DNA of 48,133 bases from Deltaproteobacteria bacterium. Its GTDB lineage: Bacteria; SAR324; XYD2-FULL-50-16. Positions 19,373 through 27,888 of this stretch are shown here, piece by piece. Each line of letters begins with the position of its first letter. Within the stretch, counting starts at the first letter, position 1. The position numbers and the translations under genes were made by a program. A model generated the notes under the pieces. It saw only the letters and a program-made list of their open reading frames with translations. It had not been told where the DNA came from and ran no database searches. The stretch spans positions 1-48,133 of the forward strand of contig JAOUME010000003.1 of assembly GCA_029881655.1 (NCBI GenBank), written 5' to 3'.

Positions 19373-19768
19373 ATGAAAAAGACTCCTTTGAAAAAAACGC
19401 AACAAAATGCACGAATCCAACTTAAAAATCATGCGGAATACAAAAAAGTAATCTTCCCACTTTCTGATTTAAATATCACTGACAACGAAAAAAACGCGTC
19501 CGTTTTTTTGGATTCCGCGGGAACCGGAACCAAGCGCATTGAGGTCCGCTTGGAAGGAGACCGTTTTTTAGTCGAAGGGAAAAAAATTCCTCAGGAGGGT
19601 TTCAACCTGAAAATGATTTTCCATGAATATCTGGACGGCTTTCTAAATTCCCAAATCACCCTTTCTGACTCCCTTAATCTGAGCCATATTGAGGCCAACC
19701 TTTTTAACGGACAGTTGCGCCTCAAGGTATCAAATAAACTAACAGCAAAAAGCTTAAATTTTAATTAG
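19373..19768 (+). CDS. Divergent Hsp20/alpha-crystallin family protein
   Basis: P.SD..ITD, IEVRLEGD..LVEG and IEANLFNGQLRL alpha-crystallin landmarks; AAGGA SD. Confidence 0.7.
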   Translation: MKKTPLKKTQQNARIQLKNHAEYKKVIFPLSDLNITDNEKNASVFLDSAGTGTKRIEVRLEGDRFLVEGKKIPQEGFNLKMIFHEYLDGFLNSQITLSDSLNLSHIEANLFNGQLRLKVSNKLTAKSLNFN

Positions 19769-19774
19769 TCTTTT

Positions 19775-19801
19775 AGGCAAGATATTATATTGATCCTGCC
19801 T
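19775..19801. terminator. Possible bidirectional terminator between convergent hsp20 and peptidase genes
   Basis: AGGCAAGAT / ATCCTGCCT stem (one mismatch, G-U on the minus strand) in the 54-nt gap; U-tracts are weak. Confidence 0.45.
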
Positions 19802-19822
19802 TTCCTTGCGTATGATTAAAAT

Positions 19823-22807
19823 TTAGATTTCGAACATACGCAAGGGACTATCGTTTAAAAGTTTCAACTCCCTTTTCATAACTTCCTCTCCAGTGACAAC
19901 AGCGACAGAGGATTTCTGATCAAGGTATTTTTGTGCCACCTGAATAATCTCCTCCTTGGTGCAACTTAAAATCTTTTGTCTCACCTGCTCTCTCATCTTT
20001 AGAGATTTCCCTTTGCGGTCGAGGATATATTCCTTTTGAGCCTTGGCAGCCGGAGAAACAGGAACATCCAGCTTGCTACAAGTCTGCAGAATCGCTTCGT
20101 CAACGTCATGTTGGCTAAAATGATCACCATTGATCCATTCCAATGCCTTCTCGTAAACACTTAAGGTGTTCGAGATATGCGGATCACGGTAAGAAAGAAA
20201 GGTCAAAACCCCTTCCTCTGAATCATAACCGGCCATGCCGCCATAGGCGCCACCTTTTTCTCTAATCTCACCGTGCAGATAACATGATTGAATCAGATTG
20301 GATAACACCAATAAAACCGGACTGTCTGGATTTTCATAGGTCGGCACCTTAAAACATTGGGCCACATACGCCACCGGTGTCGTAGTGATCCAGGCTTCCC
20401 TTTGGTAACCTAGGCTGAATTGGCCCTTATGCTCAGGAACATCCTTTTTATCGGTACTTTCCGGCCATTCGGTATTTATCTTGGACAGAAAATCGCAAAA
20501 CTCCCGGATATAATCCTGGGTTTGTTCAAATGCCTCTTTTTCGCCAACGATCAACAGAGAAAGCTTTGATGCCCGCAAAAAGTCTCTAAGCACCATCTGA
20601 AAGGATTTGGATGCCTCAATCAAAGCGGGCTGACTCATCTCGGCCAACCGGTTCATCAAGCGCAGTTGATAGACCCCTGAATGAACTTCACTGACATGAC
20701 TCACGAAACCATAGTTTCTTTTCGCCAGACTGTTGGCATAACTATGACCTGAAGAAATCACTGAATTATAAAGCCGGTTGGCTCTTTGTGTGATTAAGGT
20801 CTGAAGATGATGGGTCTCATCCATTCTGAAATGGCCCATCATTTTTTTAGCTAACTCAAAAAGCTTCCCTTGATTTTCGTTCAGAGCCCGACTGGCGACG
20901 CAAAAATACTCCTGAAATTCCTGCTCGCCACCGATCACAGGCTCGATAACAGGTCCCGCTGAAAAACCACCTGTAAAGCGGTTGACCTGAGCATACATCT
21001 GGTCAAAGCTGAGATCCTCCGCCCCGACATTGGTCAGAAAAAAACCCAACACCGACATAAGTTCACGGTCTTTCTTAGGCAAGTCTTCCACCTTAAAATA
21101 CCAGTTGAAATACATGATGCCGTTTGTTGGTTGTTCATAAAAAGTCACATTAAGATCGCTCATCTTCATGGTCGGCTCAACATGTTTTACCTCAACGGGG
21201 ATATCTGAGACCCTCAGGCTCGGCAGACAAGAAAGATCCTCTTCTTCTTCCTGGTATTTCTTCAGTTTCAAAGCATCCTCTATAATCGACTGTTTTTCTT
21301 CGTCAGTCAGTTTTGAACGAATTTCCTCCAGGCTTTTCTTTAATTTTTCATCCCTCATGTTTTCCAATTCATGATCAGGTTTCAATACCACTTTTACCCT
21401 GTGTGGATTTTTAAGGAGATACTTCTCAATCTGCTTCTCCAGAAAAGGACCTTTCGCGATATTTTCCTTTAATTGACGCATGGTCTGATCGAAATCAATG
21501 GCCTTTACCGGGTCGCCACCATGTACCCAAATACTGAAAAATCGGAACAATAAATTCAGGCAATAAGGGTAATGCCCGCCACTGATCTCTTTTACGTCTA
21601 ACTCGATCTGGTGGATAGCTGAATCGATCTGTTGTTGATTAATCCCGTCTTTGACCACCCCTTCCAAAGTTTCGATAATCAAGGCTTCCACCTTGTCGAC
21701 ATCTTCATCAGCTACCCCCTGAAGGCCCGCACTGAAATAAGTCTCTAAAATATCATCTTCAAACCCAGTGGTATCGGCCATCGATTTCCCTAAATGGGAT
21801 TCCAGCAATTTCCGGCTCAATGGCGCGCCTGGATGGCCCAATAAAATCAAATTGACCAATTGAAGAGATAAGACTTCTAACGGCTCCTTAATGTTGCAGG
21901 CCAGCCAAGCCAAAGCGACCTGGCTTCTTTTACCATCATCTTCCTCCTTGTTTAATGGGTAGGAATAAGTAAAAGATTGTCGCTCATTATATCTTTCGAC
22001 CTCTTCGACGAAAACCACGGGGTTTGCCTTGTTAAATTTGCTCAATACCATTTCATCAATCAATTTTAAATGGTTCCCCAATGGGAAAGAACCATAGGTA
22101 TAAAACAAAGAATTACTAGGATGATAATATTTCTTATGGAAATCGTTCAACTGCTGGTGAGTCAGGCTACGAATCTCTTCAGGATCGCCACCAGAATTGA
22201 ACCGGTAGTTGTTAGTCGGGAAAAGCGCCTGATTAAGGCTTTGATGCATAACACTGCTTTGGGAGGACATCGAACCCTTCATTTCATTATACACAACCCC
22301 CTTTACCATCAAAGGTGAATCTGGATCATCTTCTTTCTCAAATTCGAGTCGGTGACCTTCTTGCTTGAAATTGATATCGAGCAAGCTGGGGAAAAAGGCG
22401 GCATCCAGATAAACCCGCATCAGATTATTAAAATCAACCTCATTTTGACTGGAAAAAGGATACATGGTCCAATCGCTGGCGGTAAAGGCGTTCATGAAAG
22501 TCTTCATGCTCCTCTTGATCATCGAAAAAAATGGATCACGAACCTGATATCTCTCCGATCCGCAAAGGGCAGTATGCTCCAATATGTGAGCCACCCCTGT
22601 CGAGTCAGAAGGAGTCGTCCTAAAAGCCACACCAAAACAATTGTTGTCGTCCTCATTGCTGAGGTGGATCATCAAAGCACCTGTCTTCTCATGCTCCAAC
22701 TGATACATAATGTTTTTTAAGGTTGGAATCGAGGTTGCCTTTTTAATCAAAAATCCGTGGATGCTTTGTCCTTCTTTCAAATTCGGGTTTCTTTCGTCAA
22801 TTACCAT
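19823..22807 (-). CDS. M16C zinc metallopeptidase (presequence protease PreP/Cym1-like)
   Basis: DSTGVAHILEHTALCGS (HxxEH), FMNAFT, GVVYNEMKG, IREKGGAYGG, SYRDP. Confidence 0.93.
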   Translation of the reverse strand: MVIDERNPNLKEGQSIHGFLIKKATSIPTLKNIMYQLEHEKTGALMIHLSNEDDNNCFGVAFRTTPSDSTGVAHILEHTALCGSERYQVRDPFFSMIKRSMKTFMNAFTASDWTMYPFSSQNEVDFNNLMRVYLDAAFFPSLLDINFKQEGHRLEFEKEDDPDSPLMVKGVVYNEMKGSMSSQSSVMHQSLNQALFPTNNYRFNSGGDPEEIRSLTHQQLNDFHKKYYHPSNSLFYTYGSFPLGNHLKLIDEMVLSKFNKANPVVFVEEVERYNERQSFTYSYPLNKEEDDGKRSQVALAWLACNIKEPLEVLSLQLVNLILLGHPGAPLSRKLLESHLGKSMADTTGFEDDILETYFSAGLQGVADEDVDKVEALIIETLEGVVKDGINQQQIDSAIHQIELDVKEISGGHYPYCLNLLFRFFSIWVHGGDPVKAIDFDQTMRQLKENIAKGPFLEKQIEKYLLKNPHRVKVVLKPDHELENMRDEKLKKSLEEIRSKLTDEEKQSIIEDALKLKKYQEEEEDLSCLPSLRVSDIPVEVKHVEPTMKMSDLNVTFYEQPTNGIMYFNWYFKVEDLPKKDRELMSVLGFFLTNVGAEDLSFDQMYAQVNRFTGGFSAGPVIEPVIGGEQEFQEYFCVASRALNENQGKLFELAKKMMGHFRMDETHHLQTLITQRANRLYNSVISSGHSYANSLAKRNYGFVSHVSEVHSGVYQLRLMNRLAEMSQPALIEASKSFQMVLRDFLRASKLSLLIVGEKEAFEQTQDYIREFCDFLSKINTEWPESTDKKDVPEHKGQFSLGYQREAWITTTPVAYVAQCFKVPTYENPDSPVLLVLSNLIQSCYLHGEIREKGGAYGGMAGYDSEEGVLTFLSYRDPHISNTLSVYEKALEWINGDHFSQHDVDEAILQTCSKLDVPVSPAAKAQKEYILDRKGKSLKMREQVRQKILSCTKEEIIQVAQKYLDQKSSVAVVTGEEVMKRELKLLNDSPLRMFEI

Positions 22808-23451
22808 TGTATCCTTTCACTAAAAATTAAAATAGAATCGATGTTGAAAAAAATGAAACAAATAAACTGCTGCTACAATTTCGTCGGACAGCAACAAATT
22901 TGGTTTTTAAAATTTATTTAACTTATTAAGTCAATAACCATATTTAATTTCGCGTATCTTTTCCTCGCGCTTAACGAAATAAAAGTTAATCTCTTTTTAT
23001 TTTATATATTTACAAAACAATTAATTTTTGCGTGATATTTTATTTGCCATCATTGTCAATCATTTGAGAAGCAATTGAATAATTGATTTATCTTATAATA
23101 TCATCTGATTGACAATATTGTAGGTCTCCTTCAATAACAAAACCTCCAGCTCTAAACTCAAACAATAAGCGTGGTTTCGTTCATTATCTGATATTTTTTG
23201 CTTCGACTTTGCCCGCAAATTGGCTGATTGTCTTTTAACACCTAACACATTAATTTTAATTCTTTTTATACTATACAAAACTATTGAACAAAATTGTAAT
23301 GGGATTTAACAATAAACTACACAATTGAATGAATGATTCAGAAAAAGCCCAAGGTTTTTTCAATTCGTTTTATTAACAAATGCGCTCCTCCAAGCACCAC
23401 CGATCAAGTGAAAGTCCATTATAGGTTTTTTACAATCCACTATTTTATCTT

Positions 23452-23468
23452 TTGGCACAGTATAAGCA
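23452..23468 (+). promoter_or_regulatory. Sigma54 (-24/-12) promoter upstream of SutA-like gene
   Basis: TTGGCACAGTATAAGCA: near-consensus -24 box TGGCAC and GG-N10-GC spacing; the -12 box is imperfect (AAGCA). Confidence 0.6.
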
Positions 23469-23493
23469 GAAATAGAGGGACTCCTGCGAGACA

Positions 23494-23539
23494 AATCGGA
23501 AGAGACTTTCTTTCATAGAAATGTCAGTCTCTTCCGATT
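23494..23539 (+). repeat. Perfect 14-bp inverted repeat (leader hairpin)
   Basis: AATCGGAAGAGACT (23494-23507) and AGTCTCTTCCGATT (23526-23539). Confidence 0.85.
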
Positions 23540-23573
23540 ACAAAAGATTTAACCCTAGATGTTGGAGACCAAC

Positions 23574-23783
23574 ATGAAAAAAACATTTGTGATCGCCAGA
23601 AGAAGAAAAAAATCGACTTCTTTTAATCCCAGCAAAGAATATGTGAACAAAGCTATTGAGGATTACCTTAAGAAAGGTGGAAAAATAACCAAAATTGTTG
23701 ACCTTTCAGATAATCTCAATGAATTTATATCAGCTCCGGATGTTAAATCTCCTGCTGATGAGTTCTTGATGGATCGTTTTTAG
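23574..23783 (+). CDS. Small protein with SutA-like RNAP-binding motif
   Basis: AIEDYLKKGGKITKI resembles Pseudomonas SutA AMEEFLSRGGKVQEI (from recall). GGAG SD precedes ATG 23574; the ORF track starts at 23559. Confidence 0.6.
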   Translation: MKKTFVIARRRKKSTSFNPSKEYVNKAIEDYLKKGGKITKIVDLSDNLNEFISAPDVKSPADEFLMDRF

Positions 23784-24621
23784 TCGTTTTAAATAGATAC
23801 TGCCGAATTTGCTTCATATCATCCCATACCAGACTTAAGGCTCTCGAGTTCCTTAACAGATATGATGGATGAAAAGTCGGAATCAATGGGAACTTATCGT
23901 AACGGATCAAAGTTCCCCTCATTTTCATAATCCCTGACGCATCAGGGATTAAGGCCTTAGTCGCTATATTTCCAAGAGTGACGATCAACTTAGGTTGAAT
24001 GAGGCTGATTTGCCTTTTGAGTATAGGTAAACAAGCGTCCATTTCCTGCGAAGTTGGATTACGGTTACCAGGTGGTCTGCATTTAACCACATTGCAGATA
24101 TAAACCGAATTCCTGCTGATCCCGATCGATTGAATGATTTGGGTCAAAAGTTTTCCGGCTTTACCAACAAAGGCCAACCCCATATTATCCTCTTCCTCTC
24201 CAGGCCCTTCGCCAATAAATAACAATTCAGCCTTTTGATTTCCCTGTCCAAAAACAATCGTCTTTCTTTCTAAAGACAAATCACAGTTCGCGCAGTTGAA
24301 ATAGCTTAGTTTTAAAGAATCAAGGTTTTCCGGATTTTTTCGAACATCCTGCTTTTCCTCAAGCTGTTTTTTCGCAGCCAGAATTACTGCTGGTTGACGC
24401 GGTATTTTCTCAAGGGTCTTATTTTCCAGTGAGACTATTATCTCTCCGCTTAAAGTTTCGATTGGCTTCCTTTCGGACTGAAAAGTCTTAAACGCGCTTA
24501 ATATCTGTTCTCTGCATGCCTCGTCCAGTGGCTCCAAACATATGTAGTCCGATGCTCCACTAAGGGCTCTGAGCTTGTTTTCCAGTTTTTTTGCCGTGTC
24601 AGAAACAGTTTCTTGATTCAT
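23743..24621 (-). CDS. Family 4 uracil-DNA glycosylase (4Fe-4S) with N-terminal extension
   Basis: CANCDL, VFGQG, IGEGPG, FVGKAG, NVVKCRPPGNR, TFHPSYLLR. Confidence 0.93.
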   Translation of the reverse strand: MNQETVSDTAKKLENKLRALSGASDYICLEPLDEACREQILSAFKTFQSERKPIETLSGEIIVSLENKTLEKIPRQPAVILAAKKQLEEKQDVRKNPENLDSLKLSYFNCANCDLSLERKTIVFGQGNQKAELLFIGEGPGEEEDNMGLAFVGKAGKLLTQIIQSIGISRNSVYICNVVKCRPPGNRNPTSQEMDACLPILKRQISLIQPKLIVTLGNIATKALIPDASGIMKMRGTLIRYDKFPLIPTFHPSYLLRNSRALSLVWDDMKQIRQYLFKTTKNDPSRTHQQEI

Positions 24622-24814
24622 TTACGAAGCTTAATTTTTATCACGCGATTTTGGATGCTTACTTTTTTTGAATTTTCGCATCTTTTCTATTGGTAGTTGA
24701 AACCAGAAGAAAAAGAGTTTAGTTTTGATGATCCAGGAATAAAAAAAATGAATTACATCTACAACTTTTTAATAAATAAGTTTACGCTTCCATAAGAACA
24801 ATGAAAAGGGGTTT

Positions 24815-25849
24815 ATGAAAAAAATATACTGCTTTTTGATAGTTTTTCTTTTTGGAGTCGTTGTCGCGCTGGGAGGTGGTTTCGACGTTTTTCATTTTGA
24901 TGACGCTCCAGATGAGGTGATGGACAGCGGGAAAAACCGATGTTCCTTCGATAGACTTCAAATGGATACCAGATGGCCCTGGAAATCGTATTTATCCTGC
25001 ACGGATTATGATTTCAAAGGAGTCAAAACCAAGCTTTATTTTGAATTTAATAACAACGAACTTCAGGCGGTTTACGTTGTTTCGATCGATATTGCGGATT
25101 ATCGGCTCATCAAGCACTTAAAACCAAAACATCTTGTAGCAAAAAACAAAGGTAGTAAAAAATTGTCTTCTAACTTGGCTGACCAGCTTATTTTTCAAGA
25201 CAAGGTTTATGTCTTTGATAAAGGCAAACAAAGAACCGATTTTTTTTATAATGGGAAATGGGAGTGGGAATTAAAATTTTCTGATCTTTATCAAATCGAG
25301 TCCGATCTCGACCGTCAAAAAAGCCTATTGAAAAATGAGGAAGATGGGGCTGTGACCGAGTGGAAAAATTATTCTTTCGGGGAAAAACCCGACATAACCA
25401 AATCTAAGCTGGAAGGTTTTTGTGAAAAACTTGAGGCTTCAACCTTCGAAGGTTCGGATGGAAATAAACTTTTTGTTTGCAAAGGCTATCCTTTTGTCGA
25501 ACAAAAAATACAAGTCCGTTTTTTGTTTTTCAAGGACGCATTGGTGAAAATCGAATTGGACCTAGATCCAAAATGGTATGAGACTCTGTTACCACAGCTA
25601 AAAACAAAATATGGCAAACCTTATATTGAACTTTACCAAAGCCGCCTTTTCTACTCTTTTATCGAATTCCCAAAATTCAATGTGGTTATGCGCCATAAAA
25701 TTGATCCACAATCCCAGGGACTTCGTGTTTATTTGGAATACTCAAGCCAGGAATTTATGAACTCCAATTTGCCGTCAAGGAACATAAAACCCGATAATAA
25801 ATTAAAGAGGAAAAAAACCCAGCTTGAAAAAATCCAGGATAATATATAA
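24815..25849 (+). CDS. Exported hypothetical protein with internal duplication
   Basis: Signal peptide; two similar alpha/beta repeats, each with two Cys. Confidence 0.7.
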   Translation: MKKIYCFLIVFLFGVVVALGGGFDVFHFDDAPDEVMDSGKNRCSFDRLQMDTRWPWKSYLSCTDYDFKGVKTKLYFEFNNNELQAVYVVSIDIADYRLIKHLKPKHLVAKNKGSKKLSSNLADQLIFQDKVYVFDKGKQRTDFFYNGKWEWELKFSDLYQIESDLDRQKSLLKNEEDGAVTEWKNYSFGEKPDITKSKLEGFCEKLEASTFEGSDGNKLFVCKGYPFVEQKIQVRFLFFKDALVKIELDLDPKWYETLLPQLKTKYGKPYIELYQSRLFYSFIEFPKFNVVMRHKIDPQSQGLRVYLEYSSQEFMNSNLPSRNIKPDNKLKRKKTQLEKIQDNI

Positions 25850-25899
25850 TAGTAATCGCCTTTGTTATTAGTATATTATAAATTTTCAAATGCTATTTT

Positions 25900-25928
25900 T
25901 TGACGATTTATACTCTTGCTGATAGAAT
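25900..25928 (+). promoter_or_regulatory. Putative sigma70 promoter of the htpG-lptD operon
   Basis: TTGACG-N17-TAGAAT with TG extended -10. Confidence 0.65.
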
Positions 25929-25987
25929 ATTTAGTGAATTATATTGTTTTTGTTTAATAACAACCCTTTAGATTTAAGTCAGAAATT

Positions 25988-27868
25988 ATGAGCAAGCAAA
26001 CAAAAAAAAATGAAGTCGAAGAATTTCAGTTTCAAGCTGAAATGTCGCAGTTATTGCACCTTATTACCCATTCTCTATATAGCCACCGTGAAATTTTTTT
26101 AAGAGAGTTGATATCAAATGCGTCAGACGCTTTAAATAAAATTCATTTTTCATCCCTGACAAACGACAAGATCCTGGGAGATGACCCAGAGCTTAAGATT
26201 CAGATACAATTCGATGAAAAAAAGAAAACCTTTTCCATAACCGATAACGGTATCGGTATGACTCATGATGAACTCATCAAGAATATCGGAACGATCGCCA
26301 GTTCCGGCACATCCGAGTTTATCAAGCAGATCACCGGTGATAAGAATAAAGATATGGAATTGATCGGTAAGTTCGGGGTTGGCTTTTACTCCGTCTTTAT
26401 GGTCGCGGATGAAGTTTCTGTCGAATCCAGGTCATTTGATGATAAAAAAGCTTACAAATGGACCTCTGCCGGGACCGGCTCTTTTTCGATTGAACCGATC
26501 GAAAAAGATAAAAGAGGTACAACCATTTCTTTTAAATTTAACAAAGACTCTCAAGAATTCGCCTCCAAATTCAAAATCGAAAGCATTATTAAAAAATATT
26601 CTGATTTTGTATCCTTTCCAATTGAATTAAACGAAGAAATCACCAACAAATCTACCGCCCTCTGGGCTCGGGACAAGAAAGAGATAAAAAAAGAGGACTA
26701 CATCGAATTTTACAAATATATCTCCAACGCTTATGACGAACCTCTATCCTGGCAGCATTTCAATGTTGAGGCTCCCGTTCAGTTCAAATCGATTTTATTT
26801 ATCCCCAAGGAGCCGGATCGGCAACTTTTCAACCAGAACCTAGATACCAAGATCATGCTTTACGTCAAGCGGGTATTCATCCAGAATGACTGTAAGGACC
26901 TCTTGCCTCAATGGCTTAGATTTGTTCACGGAGTCGTCGACTCTGAAGATTTATCCTTGAATGTATCCAGGGAGACCACTCAGAAAAGCCCAGTCATGGA
27001 TAAAATCAGTAAATATCTGGTAAAAAAGCTGATAGCCGAATTTCAAAAATGGGCTGAAAAGGATCAGGATAAATACGCGTCCTTCTGGAAGGAATTTGGC
27101 AATTTCATCAAGGAAGGGATTCACACCGATTTTTCCAACAAAGATAAACTAATCGAGCTCTATCGTTGTTACTCATCAGAAAGTCCCGACAAGTTGATTT
27201 CACTCATGGATTACAAAAATCGTATGGGTGTTGATCAGGAAGAGATCTATTTTGTCTGTGGGAAAAACAAGGACATAATCGAAAATTCGCCCAACATTGA
27301 ATATTTCAGAAAAAACAAGATAGAAGTCTTATATCTTTTCGATGAAATTGACGATTTCATCATGCCTTCCATCGGCACTTATCAGAAAAAAAAGCTGGTC
27401 GGCATCGACAAGGCTGAAATTAAGATCAGCGAGTCTGAAGAGAATAAAAAAGACGCTCTCGGCAAGGCAGACCAAGAAAAACTGCTGGGTTACATCAAGG
27501 ACATTCTTGGCGAAAAAGTTGAGGATGTCATCGAGTCAAAACGTCTGGTGGACAGTGCTTGTACTCTGGTCAGTCCCAAGGACGAGATGAATGCGAACAT
27601 GGAAAAAATGATGAAGATGATGGACAAAAATTATCAAGGAAGCAAAAGAGTAATGGAAATCAATTCGTCCAACTCCTTGATAAAAAACTTATCCAGCATT
27701 CAAAATAAGTCCCCCCAAGATCCACTCCTTAAAGACTGTATCGAACAGCTTTACGAAGGCGCGCGTCTTTTGGAAGGTTCACTGAACGACCCATCCAGAC
27801 TGGTTCCCAGAACCAATCAGATCATGCAAAAAGCGACCGATCTATATTTGAAGTCGATAGGATCGTAA
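25988..27868 (+). CDS. htpG: Chaperone HtpG (Hsp90)
   Basis: FQAE, SLYS..EIFLRELISNASDA, DNGIGMT, IGKFGVGFYS, LNVSRE. Confidence 0.97.
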   Translation: MSKQTKKNEVEEFQFQAEMSQLLHLITHSLYSHREIFLRELISNASDALNKIHFSSLTNDKILGDDPELKIQIQFDEKKKTFSITDNGIGMTHDELIKNIGTIASSGTSEFIKQITGDKNKDMELIGKFGVGFYSVFMVADEVSVESRSFDDKKAYKWTSAGTGSFSIEPIEKDKRGTTISFKFNKDSQEFASKFKIESIIKKYSDFVSFPIELNEEITNKSTALWARDKKEIKKEDYIEFYKYISNAYDEPLSWQHFNVEAPVQFKSILFIPKEPDRQLFNQNLDTKIMLYVKRVFIQNDCKDLLPQWLRFVHGVVDSEDLSLNVSRETTQKSPVMDKISKYLVKKLIAEFQKWAEKDQDKYASFWKEFGNFIKEGIHTDFSNKDKLIELYRCYSSESPDKLISLMDYKNRMGVDQEEIYFVCGKNKDIIENSPNIEYFRKNKIEVLYLFDEIDDFIMPSIGTYQKKKLVGIDKAEIKISESEENKKDALGKADQEKLLGYIKDILGEKVEDVIESKRLVDSACTLVSPKDEMNANMEKMMKMMDKNYQGSKRVMEINSSNSLIKNLSSIQNKSPQDPLLKDCIEQLYEGARLLEGSLNDPSRLVPRTNQIMQKATDLYLKSIGS

Positions 27869-27888
27869 ACCGTCCAAAAGAGTAAACT

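Noticed and set aside
22808-23450. AT-rich region as replication origin
   Set aside because: No TTATCCACA-type DnaA box cluster seen and no dnaA, gidA or parAB neighbours.
23093-23518. Two 61-aa ORFs in the long intergenic region
   Set aside because: No SD or recognisable features; one runs over the sigma54 motif and leader hairpin.
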